Positions 39,391 through 53,029 of a stretch of 64,000 nt of DNA are shown here, piece after piece. Made by a program: the position numbers and the translations under genes. The stretch is from Octopus vulgaris (lineage: Eukaryota). The DNA lies in the NCBI GenBank assembly GCA_951406725.2, contig OX597835.1, forward strand, positions 4,650,001-4,714,000, in the 5' to 3' direction. The first letter of the stretch is position 1; the number at the start of each line of letters is the position of its first letter. The notes under the pieces were generated by a model. It was not told the DNA's origin. It saw only the letters and a list, made by a program, of their open reading frames with translations, and ran no database searches.

Positions 39391-39530
39391 AGTCAGTAGA
39401 GTTACTTCTACACGTGAGAAAGCGAAAAGAAGTGAGTGAGGTGCATGGCTATGCAGGTACACAATGTCATAAACATTTGATGCATGAGCAGACAAACAAG
39501 AAATCGTCACAAGAAAGATTTACACAAATC

Positions 39531-39789
39531 TTTATTATTAACCCAAAGAAAATAGAGAACATGCATACATATATATATCATCTCTTACAGAAAATATAGT
39601 TTCGTAAACACTCAATTTCAATATATTTTTAGATTTTTTAAATATTGGTGGATATAGGGCTAACCATCTTTTTCAGTTATTTCAAGAGTATACACAACAG
39701 AAAATTTCTAGAATTTTGCTTTCTGGAAAGAAAATGCTAGAATTTACATTCAAGAATAATCTAAAGCCCCGTGGTTAAAGTAATTTATT
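39531..39789 (-). other. Candidate polyadenylation signals of the methyltransferase gene
   Basis: Minus-strand AATAAA at 39784-39789 and 39531-39536, in AT-rich, TE-free sequence after the stop codon. Confidence 0.4.
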
Positions 39790-40230
39790 ATGACTTTATC
39801 AGTGAGTACAGTGCAATACCCATGCATTATGCCTGATCTCCATGATGTTACAAACTGATGTATGTGTTCGGAATGAGGAAATTACATGTAGTTGATGTAG
39901 TAGAAAATATTCCCATGAAAAATTTTTTGTCATTCATCCTCAAACCAGAGCTAAAGTGTTAATTCTGAGAACACAGTGACTCAGCTGAAGAAAACAAAGG
40001 TAAATGCGATTCATGTTCAACCGGGTTATTAAATATATTGTTAATGAATGAATTCTTTAAAAAAATAGTTCCATACCGTGTAAATGCATAATAAAATATA
40101 AAAAAATAAAAGAAAACTTTAATTTAAAGTCCCAAAATATGATATATGATGATATGTCATATAAATATATGTGTGTAAATACAATGCCAACACATACGTT
40201 TAACTTTGTTTAGAAAATTCTTTTAAAGTT

Positions 40231-40415
40231 CTAAAGAACTGAAAATATGAACACAATTCCTGTTTTATTAAATGAGTAATTAGAAACTTCTTTATCAGAT
40301 ATCATTTTCCATTTCTTCTCTTCTTCAAGGCGGTGGAATAGGGGCAGTAGTTTGTCTTTGTAGTCTAATACATAAGTGAGGTACTCCTTTCTCATCACAA
40401 TGACTACGTGACCAC
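40231..40415 (-). CDS. METTL27-like terminal coding exon (GGHVVIVMR...IFSVL*)
   Basis: aacag|GT acceptor completes motif III (VKKGG). TAG at 40231-40233. Spliced CDS is 702 nt = 233 aa plus stop, with no internal stops. Confidence 0.9.
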
Positions 40416-40656
40416 CTGTTGATATAAATAAGGATATAAGGTCAAGTTTCATAATCTGCGACTCAGACTTACTTTTTGCTGATCTTCAGACATTTAAGAA
40501 AAATGGAACATGAAATTTGGCATTTTACAAGCATACAGTAATATATTTAGATATAGCGATGTTGGATCATTTGACATTAAGTATCAATGTATATTGCTGA
40601 ATAAAGGTAGAAAAATAGAATTGTAAAAATAAGAATAAATATAGATTATATAAATA

Positions 40657-41055
40657 TCTTTATATATAAAAGTGAAGTTGTGTGCTGTCTGTCTCCTACG
40701 ATTTAGATTCCTAACTACTCCCACATTTTGCGGTGCAGTTTAACCCAAACCGGGTATCTTATAGTCGTGATTCATATCGAGCCCTTCTGGGTATTAGCGC
40801 GCGTCTACGATGAGTCTACGATTTAAAAAACAATTTACCATCATTTTTTTCCATTTTAATGCATTTTTTCGCTATTATATAAGGGAAGTAACTCTAATAA
40901 TGTCTACGATGAGTCAACGATTTAAAAAAAATTTAACATAATTTGTTTTCCATTTTTAATGCATTTTTTTGCTATCTTTTTGGCTATAACTCTCTAAAAA
41001 TGCTTATATAGTTATTTCCCTTACAAACCCGAGCAACGCCGGGCAATACTGCTAG
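40657..41055 (+). mobile_element. Non-autonomous Helitron, family H1 copy 1
   Basis: A|TC 5' end; 3' hairpin CCCGAGCAACGCCGGG then CTAG|T; no TSD. Near-identical to 50185-50580. Confidence 0.9.
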
Positions 41056-41615
41056 TTCATAATAAAGATGATAGATTATATAAAGCAAAATAGATAGCAT
41101 GTATGTACACGTGTGTACATAATCCTTTCTAATAAAGGCACAAGGCCTGAAATTTTGGAGGAGGGAACTATTCGATTACACCGGCCTCAGTGTTTCACTG
41201 GTACTTAATTTATCGACCCCGAATGGATGAAAGGCAAAATCAACATCGGTGGCATTTGAACTCGGATTGTAGCGACGGGCGAAATACCGAGAAGCAAGTG
41301 TCTTGGGCCGACCAAAGCCTTGTGAATGAATTTGGAAGACAGAAACTGAAAGAAGCCCGACGTATATATATGTGTGCGTTGTGTGTGTGTGTGTGTGTAT
41401 GTGTGTGTGTGTGTGTGCATGTTGTCCCCAATCATCGCTCGACAACTGATGTTGGTGTGTTTACGTCCCCGTAATATTAGCGGTTCGGCAAAAGCGACCG
41501 ATAACATAAGGCTTACAAAAATAAACCCTGTGGTAGATTTGTTCGACTAAAAGTGGTGCTCCAACATGACCACAGTCAAATGACTGAAACAAGTAAAAGA
41601 ATATATATACATACA

Positions 41616-41859
41616 CAGGGTGTTCAAAAAGTCACTCCGCAGTAAGTGTTTGATTGCAAGATAAATATTTTATAAGATGGTATAAGACTACAAAAGAATA
41701 AATTAGACTTTACAAGACTTAAAAAAACCCCCCAAAAAACTTTATAAGAGATGTTGAAAGTGTCGTCCCTCACTTTCGATACATAAGTTGTCTCTTCTAC
41801 CCATTTCTTGAAATACAGCTTGGAAAAAGAATTCACTGCGGAGAGACTTTTTGAACATC

Positions 41860-41864
<5 letters not shown>
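41616..41864. mobile_element. Tc1/mariner MITE
   Basis: TIRs CAGGGTGTTCAAAAAGTC.CTCCGCAGT / ACTGCGGAG.GACTTTTTGAACA.CC. Confidence 0.75.
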
Positions 41865-41928
<64 letters not shown>

Positions 41929-42018
41929 GTTTCAGTGAGGATGTTTAAACTTCTTATAGGGATATTTTATCCAAGAGACACTGGTTTAATATATTTTGAA
42001 GAAATGTTTCTTCAATGA

Positions 42019-42063
<45 letters not shown>

Positions 42064-42676
42064 TGTGTACAGTGCTCAGGTGCACTACAACTCATCTAAA
42101 GTGCATATATAATCAGGTGTAGTTTCGACGGATTTCGGAAAGCATGAGGGCCTTAAAGGATATAAAATATCGTAAAAGATTAATTATTATCGAGTATGAG
42201 TGTGTGTGTGGGCGTGTGTGTGTGTGTGTATGTGTGGGCGTGTGTGTGTGTGCATGCAACTCTGTGTGTTAGTCCAGCACCACCACGTGACAACCGGTGT
42301 TGGTGTGTTTACGTCTCCGTAACTTAGCCGTTCGACATAAGACACCGACAGAATAAGTGACAAGCTTTAAAAATAAAAAAAAAAATAAGTACTAGGGCTA
42401 ATTCGTTCGTCTAAAAAAAAGAAAACTCCCTCAAGGGGGTGTCCCAGAATGGCCGCAGTCTAATGATAGAAATAAGTAAAAGATAAACTTCTCATTTGAA
42501 CATAATCCCCAGCGAAGATTTGACCTACAACACTATATTTCGACTCGCATCATTGGCGCCAGACACCTATCAACGAGTTAACTCCCTTGCATTATATTTT
42601 TAAACGTGCACAATTGCTTATGTAAGCGTAATTTTTACACTTACACACACGTACACATATAAATACATTTTTTCAC

Positions 42677-42701
42677 TCACATACATACATACATACATAC
42701 A

Positions 42702-42735
<34 letters not shown>

Positions 42736-43245
42736 CATACATACAGATATACATACATACATACAGATATACATACATACATACATACAGATATACATAC
42801 ATACATGAATACATACATGAATACATACATACATGCTTGCATGCATACATACATATAGATATACATACATGCATGCATACTTACATACAAACATACATAC
42901 AAACATACACATATACATACATACATACATACATACAAACATACATGAATACATACATACATGCATACAGATATACATACATACAGATAAACATACATGC
43001 ATACATACATACATACAAACATACATACAAACATACACATATACATACATACAAACATACATACATACATACATACATACATACATACAAACATACATAC
43101 ATACATACATACATACATACATACATACATACATACATGCATGCATGCATGCATGCATGCATGCATGCATGCATGCATGCATACATACATACATACATAC
43201 ATACATACATACATACATACATACATACATACATACATACATACA
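42677..43245. repeat. (CATA)n/(CATG)n compound microsatellite
   Basis: Direct inspection. Confidence 0.97.
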
Positions 43246-43670
43246 GTTACCTAGCTAACTAGCTTCTATATTCGAATTACAAATTTATATTTATACCAAT
43301 AATAACTGGTTTTGTTAGTAAATGTCTGACTGCTAGCTGGATAAGCGTGGAATTTCAGTAAAAGAAATCAGCGAACTGACTCGCACATCACAACGACAAC
43401 GAGCAGCGGAGCTTGGACTGGTAGCTGACCGCACCAAGTTGCCGGTGGGAAAGGTATCATAGCATGTGACATCCCAAGGGGCCAACCGCCACGGAACGGG
43501 AAAATTGTCGAACTAACAGTAAAACTATGCAGGACTTTTCTCAGGTTTAAAATGTGACATTGTTTTCGTTATCTACATTCCAAAGATGGATCTTTATATC
43601 TTTGTTAGAAACCGGCTCCTTCTTCAAAGGAAGAATCTAGATTAATTAAAAACAGAAACGAACATACATA

Positions 43671-43832
43671 GGCGTAGGAGTGGCTGTGTGGTAAGTAGCT
43701 TGCTAACCAACCACATGGTTCCGGGTTCAGTCCCACTGCGTGGCATCTTGGGCAAGTGTCTTCTGCTATAGCCCCGGGCCGACCAATGTCTTGTGAGTGG
43801 ATTTGGTAGACGGAAACTGAAAGAAGCCTGTC

Positions 43833-43908
<76 letters not shown>

Positions 43909-44122
43909 TTGTGTGTCTGTGTTTGTCACCCTAGCATTGCTTGACAACCGATGCTGGTGTGTTTACGTCCCCGTCACTTAGCGGTTCGGCAAAATAGACC
44001 GATAGAATAAGTACTGGGCTTCCAAAGAATAAGTCCCGGGGTCGATTTGCTCGACTAAAGGCGGTGCTCCAGCATGGCCGCAGTCAAATGACTGAAACAA
44101 GTAAAAGAGTAAAAGAGTAAAA
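43671..44122 (+). mobile_element. SINE family A (intron between coding exons 4 and 5)
   Basis: Full-length copy. Confidence 0.9.
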
Positions 44123-44229
44123 GAGAGATGCAGGTGTGTGTGTGTGGGGGGGGGGTGAAAGGTTTCTTTATTCTTAAGGCTTAAACTCAGAACACAGGGT
44201 TGAAGTGTTCGATAATAACCATAGACGCC

Positions 44230-44540
44230 CTTTGTTGTTTGTTCCTTCTCGAGCCATGCCTGGCTCATAAGGGCCGGTTTCCCGGTTTCCTTGGCGTATA
44301 GGTTCCCCACCTGGACTGGACGCCGGTCCGTCGCAGGTGAGCTGCAAGATGCAGGAGGAAAGAGTGAGAGAAAGTTGTGGCGAAAGAGTCAGCAGAAGTT
44401 CGCCATTACCTTCTGCCGGAGCCGCGTGAAGCTTAGGTGTTTCACTCATAAACACACACACACAGCCCGGTTTGAGATTCGAACCCGCGATCCCTCGAAC
44501 ACGAGCCCGCTGCACTAACAAGTAGGTCATGTGCCTCCAC
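44230..44540 (-). mobile_element. SINE family C hybrid variant
   Basis: C-type head and body joined to a tail resembling 47956-48205. Confidence 0.75.
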
Positions 44541-44852
44541 ATAGACGCTCTTTAGGGATCTTCATTTCATATACAAGCCTACAAGAGTGGATTTATGTAG
44601 TCAATCGACATACTAAAAATAGACGCCAAAATCACTCTTGCGTTGCTATCTGTCTCTCTATCACTCTGGCCAGGTATTGAAAAGGACACTTTTGATACTA
44701 TAATACGCGATATACAACGGAGGTAATTTGAGATGGCCAACATAGTTGGAGTGCCTTTCATTGTGGGTCAGCTCACACGAGAATGAGTAACCAACACCGA
44801 CGACAAACATTTTATGCATTCCAGAGTAAATTTAGAAATATAAATTAGTTAC

Positions 44853-44945
44853 CTTTTTTCACCAGATCGATCATTTTAGGAACTGCATCTGCTGGTATAT
44901 GGCCTTCTCCCATTCCTCCACAAATGACTAATGCATCGTATGAGT
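44853..44945 (-). CDS. METTL27-like coding exon 4 (DSYDALVICGGMGEGHIP...LVKK)
   Basis: ccacag|AC acceptor and G|gtaac donor; 93 nt, phase 1/1. Motif II (YDALV) and GHIP are characteristic of the family. Confidence 0.92.
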
Positions 44946-45149
44946 CTGTGGAATAACAAGAAATAATTGCAGAGAAACATGAAATGAAGTACTTTGTCCC
45001 AGAACACAGCGCATGGCTCGGTCCAGAAATTGAACCAGCGATCGAGCGATCATGAGTGCAACACACAAACCACTAAGCCACTTGCATACACAATAAGCTA
45101 TAAATAACAGTGTGTATATATTGGGTTAAAATCCCCTTTTGGTAGGAAA

Positions 45150-45474
45150 AAATTGACCCCTGGATCCATTCTTTGTAAGCTTAGAACTTATTCTACCGAT
45201 CTATTTTGCCGAACCGCTATCTTACGAGAACACAAACACATCAGCATCGGTTGTCAAGCGATGGCGGGAGTACAAACACAGACACACACATATATACACA
45301 TATACATACATATACGACGAGCGTCTTTCAGTTTCTGTCTACCAAATCCATTCACAAGGCTTTGGTCGGCCCGAGGCTACAGTGGAAGACACTTGCCCAA
45401 GGTGCCACGCAGTGGGACTGAACCCGGAACCATGTGGTTGGGAAGCTTCTTACCACACAGCCAAACCTGCACCA

Positions 45475-45520
<46 letters not shown>

Positions 45521-45846
45521 GCTGTGTGGTAAGTAGCTTGCTTGCGAACCACATGTTTCCGGGTTCAGTCCCACTGCGTGACACCTTGGGCAAGTGTCTT
45601 CCACTGTAGCCTCGGGCCGATTAAAGCCTTGTGAGTGGATTTGGTAGACGGAAACTGAAAGAAGCCCGTCGTATATATGTATATGTATGTATGTATGTAT
45701 GTGTGTGTATATGTTTGTATGTCTGTGTTTGTCTCCCCAACATCGCTTGACAACCGATGGTGGTGTGTTTACGCCCCCGTAACTTAGCGGTTCGGCAAAA
45801 GTGACCGATAGAATAAGTACTAGGCTTCCAAAGAATAAGTCCTGGG
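45150..45846. mobile_element. Head-to-head inverted pair of SINE A copies (about 45150-45470 minus, 45519-45846 plus)
   Basis: Two copies diverging from a (TA)n tract, between coding exons 3 and 4. Confidence 0.88.
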
Positions 45847-45877
45847 GAAGAAATTTCACAAATAAAAGTTGGCTTAC

Positions 45878-46010
45878 CGTTTGGAATATCGATATCTTTA
45901 TCAAAGTATTTGCAGTAGAAGTTTGTATAAACTCCTTTTACTTTGGCCTTCTCCAGCATGGCAGCTGACGGGTCGAGTGCATCGATGTTCTTGAAATTAA
46001 GTGATGCCAA
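45878..46010 (-). CDS. METTL27-like coding exon 3 (LASLNFKNIDALDPSAAMLEKAK...DIPN)
   Basis: ttttacttaag|TTG acceptor and G|gtaag donor; 133 nt, phase 0/1. Contains post-I motif IDALDPSAAML. Confidence 0.92.
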
Positions 46011-46225
46011 CTTAAGTAAAAAAAGGAATAGTAAAGAACATTAATGAAAATATGTATTGGAGCACAGACACACTAAGTAAAGAAATTTGGTCAAACTCCA
46101 GTGTCCGACCCGAGTCTTCAACTTTCAATGGAGTCACATGGCACTGTCCTTACATCCGGAGTGTCTCTGCATCTTAACTTGGTGCAGTTCATCCCTCTCC
46201 AGATCTGATTACAGCCAACTTCTCG

Positions 46226-46259
<34 letters not shown>

Positions 46260-46449
46260 CTACTATTAGTACTTTAGAAAAAAAGGCAAAATAGTCCTCG
46301 ACAGGATATGAACTCAGATCACAGAGTATCGGAACGAATACTGCAAAGCATTCTATCCAACATCTGTTAATTCGCCTTATGTAAAAAAAAAATATAACAC
46401 AAATGAAGAGAATAAAGGTTTAGGGAAAAATATTCAACTACCACTAAAA

Positions 46450-47052
46450 CCTATTTCTTTACTACCCACAAGGGGCTAAACACAGTGGGGGCAAACAAGA
46501 ACAGACAAACGGATTAAGTCGATTACATCGACCCCAGTTCGTAACTGGTACTTAGTTTATCGACCCCGAAAGGATGAAAGGCAAAGTGGACCTCGGCGGA
46601 ATTTGAACTCAGAACGTAACGGCAGACGAAATACCTATTTCTTTACTACCCACAAGGGGCTAAACACAGTGGGGGCAAACAAGGACAGACAAATGGATTA
46701 AGTCGATTACATCGACTCCAGTGTGTAACTGGTACTTAGTTTATCGGCCCCGAAAGGATGAAAGGCAAAGTGGACCTCGGCGGAATTTGAACTCAGAACG
46801 TAACGGCAGACAAAATACCTATTTCTTTACTACCCACAAGGGGCTAAACACAGTGGGGGCAAAAAAGGACAGACAAACGGATTAAGTCGATTACATCGAC
46901 CCCAGTGCGTAACTGGTACTTAATTTATCGACCCCGAAAGGATGAAAGGCAAAGTGGACCTCGGCGGAATTTGAACTCAGAACGTAACGGCAGACGAAAT
47001 ACGGCTACGCATTTCGCCCGGCGTGCTAACGTTTCTGCCAGCTCGCCGCCCT
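46450..47052 (-). mobile_element. SINE B trimer bounded by one TSD
   Basis: 183-bp period; TSD CTACCACTAAAACCT at 46438-46452 and 47055-47069. Confidence 0.92.
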
Positions 47053-48450
47053 CGCTACCACTAAAACCTTCAGCTGCTAGCCTGATACCTGACTGGCTCA
47101 GTCAGGTGCAATGCTCACGTGTTCAGCACAATACGGCGAGTCTCACAATAAAGCATTTACAATTATACACTATATACAATACAAATTAGCAGACACTAAA
47201 TCACGTGGTCCTTCTTTCTCTTAGCTTTCTCTTTTTTTTTTAAATTTAAATTTATCTTAGGTTTCTAAAGAATTTCTACAACTGTAAGAACAAAGGTAAA
47301 CCCTTTATTCTTTTATTCTACCCCAACATCCAAAACAAAGAAATTAGAACAGCCGACGAGACACTTGTGTGTTTATTGTTTCCACATAAATGTATATTCA
47401 CGAAACAAGTTAGATTTGTATTGTATGTCTTGAGTGACAAAGACCACAAGTACAATGGATAGTAAATGTCTGGATTATTATTAACACCGTCGTGTTAACG
47501 AAAGACTGGCTCCTCTGAAATACTGTTCCTAGGAGCAATAGAACAACTGTTTACTGCTTGCTCGTATAAGTCACCCCCGAACTCTGTTTCTCAGAGCAAT
47601 ATCACAACTGTTAATTTACTCCTTTCAAGGTCTTTATATATCCAATTAGTGCTTGTAGGGTAGAAGTAAGAAAAAGATTGTTCAATGCAAGGCCGACTCT
47701 GATCGAGGAGACATTTGATGACAGCTACTTCAGCTGCAACCATTCCATTATTAAAAGAGCACAGACGACTACTTTGTGTAAAATACCATTTCCTTATCTA
47801 TGACTGCAAAGTGAAATTTATGAGAGAATTAGCATTTATTTCTAGTAGGTCGAGTGGCCACTTAGATACTATATTGTTGACTTGATTGTATTGTAGTCGT
47901 CGTTTGTTATTTAACTTCAGGCCAGCTCTTTTTGAGAAGACCTATAATCAAATGATGGAGGCGCGTGGCTTAGTGGTTAGGGTGTCAGCACCATGATCGT
48001 AAGATTGTGGTTTCGATTCCTGGACCGAGCAACGCGTTGTGTTCTTGAGCAAAACACTTCGTTTCACGTTGCTCCTGTCCACTCAGCTGGCAAAAATGAG
48101 TAACGCTGCGATGGACTGGCGTCCCGTCCAGCTGGGGAACACATACGCCATAGCAGCCGGGAAACTGGGCCCGTGAGCCTGGCTAGGCTTTAAAAGGGCG
48201 CATTTATTTTTTTATTATAATCAAATGTGTCCCAACCGTGACTAACTCATTTTATTTTCAAATTAGCCGACAGTTTCATTAATGATAGAAAATGACACAT
48301 CAAAACGATGGAAAAAAATCACATTGATAAATTCCTTATTTAAAAGCATCACCTTAAGCTTTTTTAGTTAAAAGAATGAAATCTATTTCCAATGATTCTC
48401 AAATGTTATCTACCTGCAAAAAATAATGAGTCATAATCGTATAAAAAACA

Positions 48451-49011
48451 CGAACACCCCCCCCCCCACCCCCGTCCAATGGACGGTGCTGAATCATATC
48501 TGCTGAATAAAAAGCAATCAGTGTTTTCTTTTCATTAAAAAATAGTCAAGCATGCCTTTATTTCAATAAAATTTTTGGTTTTGTTAAATGAAGTTAAGGC
48601 AAAAAAAAAAAAAACTTCTTGAGAAACCAAATAGTCTTTCCTTCCTTCATGCCAAGTTTCGAAGAAAATATCTTTTTTGCATCTGACTTTTTTGGTCTCT
48701 TAAATATACTGCATTTTGTGGCATTATTTCAAGCAAGCCGGCTTTTTTTGCGCAAACTGCACGTGCATTTTTCTCGCGCACGCGTAGTATCGATTGCAAC
48801 AGCTGATGTACTTGCGTGTACAAATGCACGTTCCCACGGCTTTATCGATCGCATTCTCAACTGGAATCGATTTTTGTAATTTTTTCAAGACTTATATACG
48901 CCCTGATACCGTCGGCATCTACATATCAAATTTGAGCGCAATCGGATGGAGGATGCCCGAGATCCTAGAAGACACACACACAGACAGACAGAACGGATTT
49001 TATATAATAGA
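48451..49011 (-). mobile_element. Non-autonomous Helitron, family H2 copy 2
   Basis: A|TCTATTATATA 5' end; 3' hairpin CCGTCCATTGGACGG. Confidence 0.7.
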
Positions 49012-49379
49012 TATTGTCACTCATACTATCGAAAATGACTGGTAATACTTCTTTTGTTTTTGCTGTTTCATTGAATGATTTAATGATGATCATAAAATTA
49101 ATTCAAGATAATAATATTGAATTTGCAAAAACGTTACCCTTTCATTGAGAAAAGATTGAAATATATGCATGTAGTCTTACATTGGTTAATACACTGCAGG
49201 GATAATTCTCATTAGACTATTTGTATTTTTATATGTATGCAAGTTGTACATACGCACATATAACTTAACACTTAATCAATGTTATTCCGATATTTCTTTT
49301 GTCACAATATTCATAAAACTGCAATTTCCGCAAAGATTCCCGTTCCCATAGCTATTTATGAGTATTTTATGACTGATTT

Positions 49380-50000
49380 TGCTCTTCGTTCTACTTATCG
49401 GAGCATAAATCTGTCAATGACTCAGCAAAAGAAAAGGTTAGTAAACAGCATCTTGATTAAATGACTGCCCTGGGGTTTGTTGATGGTCATGGAAGATACT
49501 GCTATTATGGGCAAATGTTCTGTTTGTTGTTGTTATATATATATAATGTATTGAGTATTAAAGGAAGTAGTGAGTACTTAGTATGAAAGATTAAGAAAAT
49601 GAGAGAGACTGAAAAACGTGTTAACGATACGAGATACTTTATTAGACTGCCGTTGTTGTACAAGGTATTTGTTGTGGCGGGAAACTTACTGAATGTCCTT
49701 GTATCAAGGGAGACAATGGGCAACGTTGATTGTTCATGTTTGTTGTGATGATTACATAACACTGTTCCATCACAAAAAAGAACATTTGTCTCACTTGGTG
49801 ATAGCTTCATCCTAAGGATAAGCACTTCCCCTTACTATCTTTCTATGAATATATAGATCGTGCAGGGACATTACCAACAAACAGGTGCCATTCAATAATC
49901 CTCTCTCGTCAGATTATCCAATAACATAAGAATCTATCCAAGTAGCACGTGTGGCAGCATTCCGGAATGAGTCTGAGAATGAAAAAATTCAACAGCAGCA
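49380..50000 (-). pseudogene. Helitron PIF1-like helicase remnant interrupted by a solo LTR
   Basis: Broken motifs LMLL.NL, NGT.L, LI.RMKLSPSETNV.F, MTINK.QGQSF and SH. Confidence 0.7.
49525..49761 (-). mobile_element. Solo LTR copy 2
   Basis: TGT...ACA ends; 5-bp TSD CTGTT. Confidence 0.9.
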
Positions 50001-50184
50001 ACCTAATCTTCTAAAGAAAAACATTCCTTTGATTCACCACGTAGTAATGTTAGAATAGACTTATTTGTTTGTTAATTAATTAATTAATTAATTAATTTTG
50101 AATGAGAATCTTTGAAGTAGCATCTTCTATGTGATTTTCGTTTGCAATGTCAAGAGACTCTCCAAATACGTCTCTTACTATATA

Positions 50185-50579
50185 TCTTTATATATAAAAC
50201 TGAAGTTGTGTGAGTGTCTGTCTCCTACGATTTAGATTCCTAACTACTCCCACATTTTGCGGTGCAGTTTAACCAAAACCGAGTATCTTATAGTCGTAAT
50301 TCATATCGAGCCCTTCTGGGTATTAGCGCGCGTCTACGATGAGTCTACGATTAAAAAAAAATTACCATCATTTTTTTCCATTTTAATGCATTTTTCGCTA
50401 TTATATAAGGGAAGTAACTCTCTAAAATTGTCTACGATGAGTCAACAATTTAAAAAAAATTTACTATCATTTTTTCCCATTTTTAATGCATTTTTTTGCT
50501 ATTTTTTGGCTATAACTCTCTAAAAATGATTTATAGTTATTTCCCTTACAAACCCGAGCAACGCCGGGCGATACTGCTA

Positions 50580-50580
<1 letters not shown>
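50185..50580 (+). mobile_element. Non-autonomous Helitron, family H1 copy 2
   Basis: A|TC...CCCGAGCAACGCCGGG...CTAG|T. Confidence 0.9.
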
Positions 50581-50632
<52 letters not shown>

Positions 50633-51215
50633 CACTATGACCCGGCATTCATCCTCCATGTTGCGTCAGCCCTTACCAACAACAACAACATCGGTCCTTC
50701 TTCTTCGGAACGTCTGACCGTTGAATACTCCTCTTTTCTGAAAATGTCTACTTTCCTGCTTAAGCTTTTCCTAACGGTGTTACAGTTTAAGTGGACCATC
50801 GGTAAGTGGAGCATTAACAGCATTAGTACCACCAGAGTCCATGAAGACTATGGACACTGCTCCTTCCTCTGGAGCCAAAAAATTGAAAGAGAAAACCATG
50901 ACTATTCTATCTTTTTATGACTGGAAGATTATGATTTGGCTGCTATTTTTTGCAGGTCGAGCGATCGATGTAAGAATGTGCCGACGTCTATTTAACCGGT
51001 TAGGCAAACACTTATTTACAATTCAAATTGAAAGTAAATAACATTGATCAAATCCAGTTGGGTCAAAGAGACCCAGTAAAGGTCAGTGGGTACAACCTGT
51101 TTCTTCAAACAAACCAATAAGTATAAAATGACGTAATAATAAAACCTTCATGTCAATCAATGTAATTAATATTAATAGATATATATATCTACATATACAT
51201 GCATACATACATACA

Positions 51216-51298
<83 letters not shown>

Positions 51299-51358
51299 CC
51301 TTTTCCATGCTGACCACTTGATAAAATCGTTATTTTATTTTAAAATTAACGATCTTAT

Positions 51359-51397
<39 letters not shown>

Positions 51398-51795
51398 CAC
51401 GCAAATAGACAGACTAGTCATGACTAGAATAACTTCAATGAAAAAGGCTCTTCGATCAGAATTGACTTATGGTTTAACATCAACAACACTCATGTTTTCA
51501 GACTATTATGAAGGCAATATCTAAAAGTGATATAAATTCCAAAGGTTGCTCAACGAGGACGTTCGACCTGGTAGAAACAACAGCCAAATCTCCATCGACT
51601 CGCATACTACACACTCGTAAGTAAAAGAAAGGAGACATTGGAAATGAAACTCTATATGGCCACGGTTGGAATACTTTTGATCAAATACCTGCTCGACAGG
51701 TTTAATCTGGGCTACACAGCAACAATGACAAAACACCTTAAAAGTGAGTGGAAGGTGTGTATAGTGAAGAAATAGCATGACAATATAATTCTTAC

Positions 51796-51927
51796 CTTTT
51801 CTCCAAGGAAGCCACTGCCAGCCGCAACGTCAAGAACTCGTGTAGACGGTCTTACATTGTCCTCATATAAATTTGCTAAGGCCTGACTTGCATATATTGG
51901 ACCTCTGTATCGGTTGGGACCCAAATC
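51796..51927 (-). CDS. METTL27-like coding exon 2 (DLGPNRYRGP...VLDVAAGSGFLGEK)
   Basis: cag|GAT acceptor and AAG|gtaag donor; 132 nt, phase 0/0. Contains SAM-binding motif I VLDVAAGSG. Confidence 0.93.
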
Positions 51928-51953
51928 CTGAGAAATTTACGGAAGAAAAACAG

Positions 51954-51988
<35 letters not shown>

Positions 51989-51993
<5 letters not shown>

Positions 51994-52217
51994 CTTTATT
52001 ACCCACAAGGGGCTAAACACAGAGAGGACAAACAAGGACAGACAAACGGATTAAGTCGATTACATCGATCCAGTGCGTAACTGGTACTTAATTTATCGAC
52101 CCCGAAAGGATGAAAGGCAAAGTCGACCTCGGCGGAATTTGAACTCAGAACGTAGCGGCAGACGAAATTTGGCTAAGCATTTCGCCCGGCGTGCTAACGT
52201 TTCTGCCAGCTCGCCGC
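51989..52217 (-). mobile_element. SINE B monomer within a (TA)n tract
   Basis: Full head GCGGCGAGCTGGCAGAA and tail. Confidence 0.9.
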
Positions 52218-52334
52218 ATTAATATATATATATATATATTTAATATTCCGATAGATGATTTAAAGCAATATTCACAAACGTCACTATAATTGTGTGCGCG
52301 AATATATGCCTGAGTGGGCGTGCGCGTATGCGTG

Positions 52335-52382
<48 letters not shown>

Positions 52383-52689
52383 GATATATGAAGTGGCTAA
52401 ATTGTTGAGCCATTTCTTCACAACTTCGACGTTCTTTAACAATTAGCTCTCTTGTGATTAGAAATGGATAGATAGAAACTGTATGGAAGCCCGTCAGATG
52501 GACGGTATCTGTAATTCAAGGGTCCACCTTTGTCACACACTGAATCATATTGGTCACTGCTGAAAGATTATATTGAAGATTCTCCCATCCGAGAAATGCT
52601 CGGCTCGTAAACCCGTTGATTCAAACAGTAGAAACATCAGTTGATCGAATTACTGAATATTCATCGCCTAAACTAACTGAGATCATTTA

Positions 52690-52990
52690 TTATCGTTATA
52701 GAGGATTACTAGAGGAAAGTTCGATGACGTTCTTGGGGAGACCTTGGGCGTCGAGGACGGTCGGGTAGATGCTCTCTTCTGGAGAACCATCAGCCTGAGA
52801 CCGATGGATAACTTCCAGAAATCCCTGGCATGGTAGGGCTACCGGGAAGCTTTACCTGTTCGAGAGAAACTCTATAGGCATGGAAGTGCCGTCCCCGAGC
52901 ATGTCCGAAACTGTCCTGCATGCTGACGTGTGGATCGATGTCGAACACCTGGCGTCGCGTGTGGGAGGGATCCGGCTATCAACGGAATCG
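52690..52990 (+). mobile_element. Tx1/L1-like LINE C-terminal remnant
   Basis: RPMDNFQKSLAW*GYREALPVREKLYRHG...ETVLHA. Confidence 0.65.
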
Positions 52991-53029
52991 TACTTTATCA
53001 CGAGTACTGATTATACACTGGTATATAGA

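Noticed and set aside
42618-43262. Stacked ORFs rich in YVCM/HTYI (also 7086-7978, 30664-31052, 59711-60125)
   Set aside because: These are translations of microsatellites.
46450-47052. SINE B arrays as hammerhead retrozymes
   Set aside because: No CUGANGA...GAAA core found on either strand of the 183-bp unit, and the first unit has a tRNA-like head.
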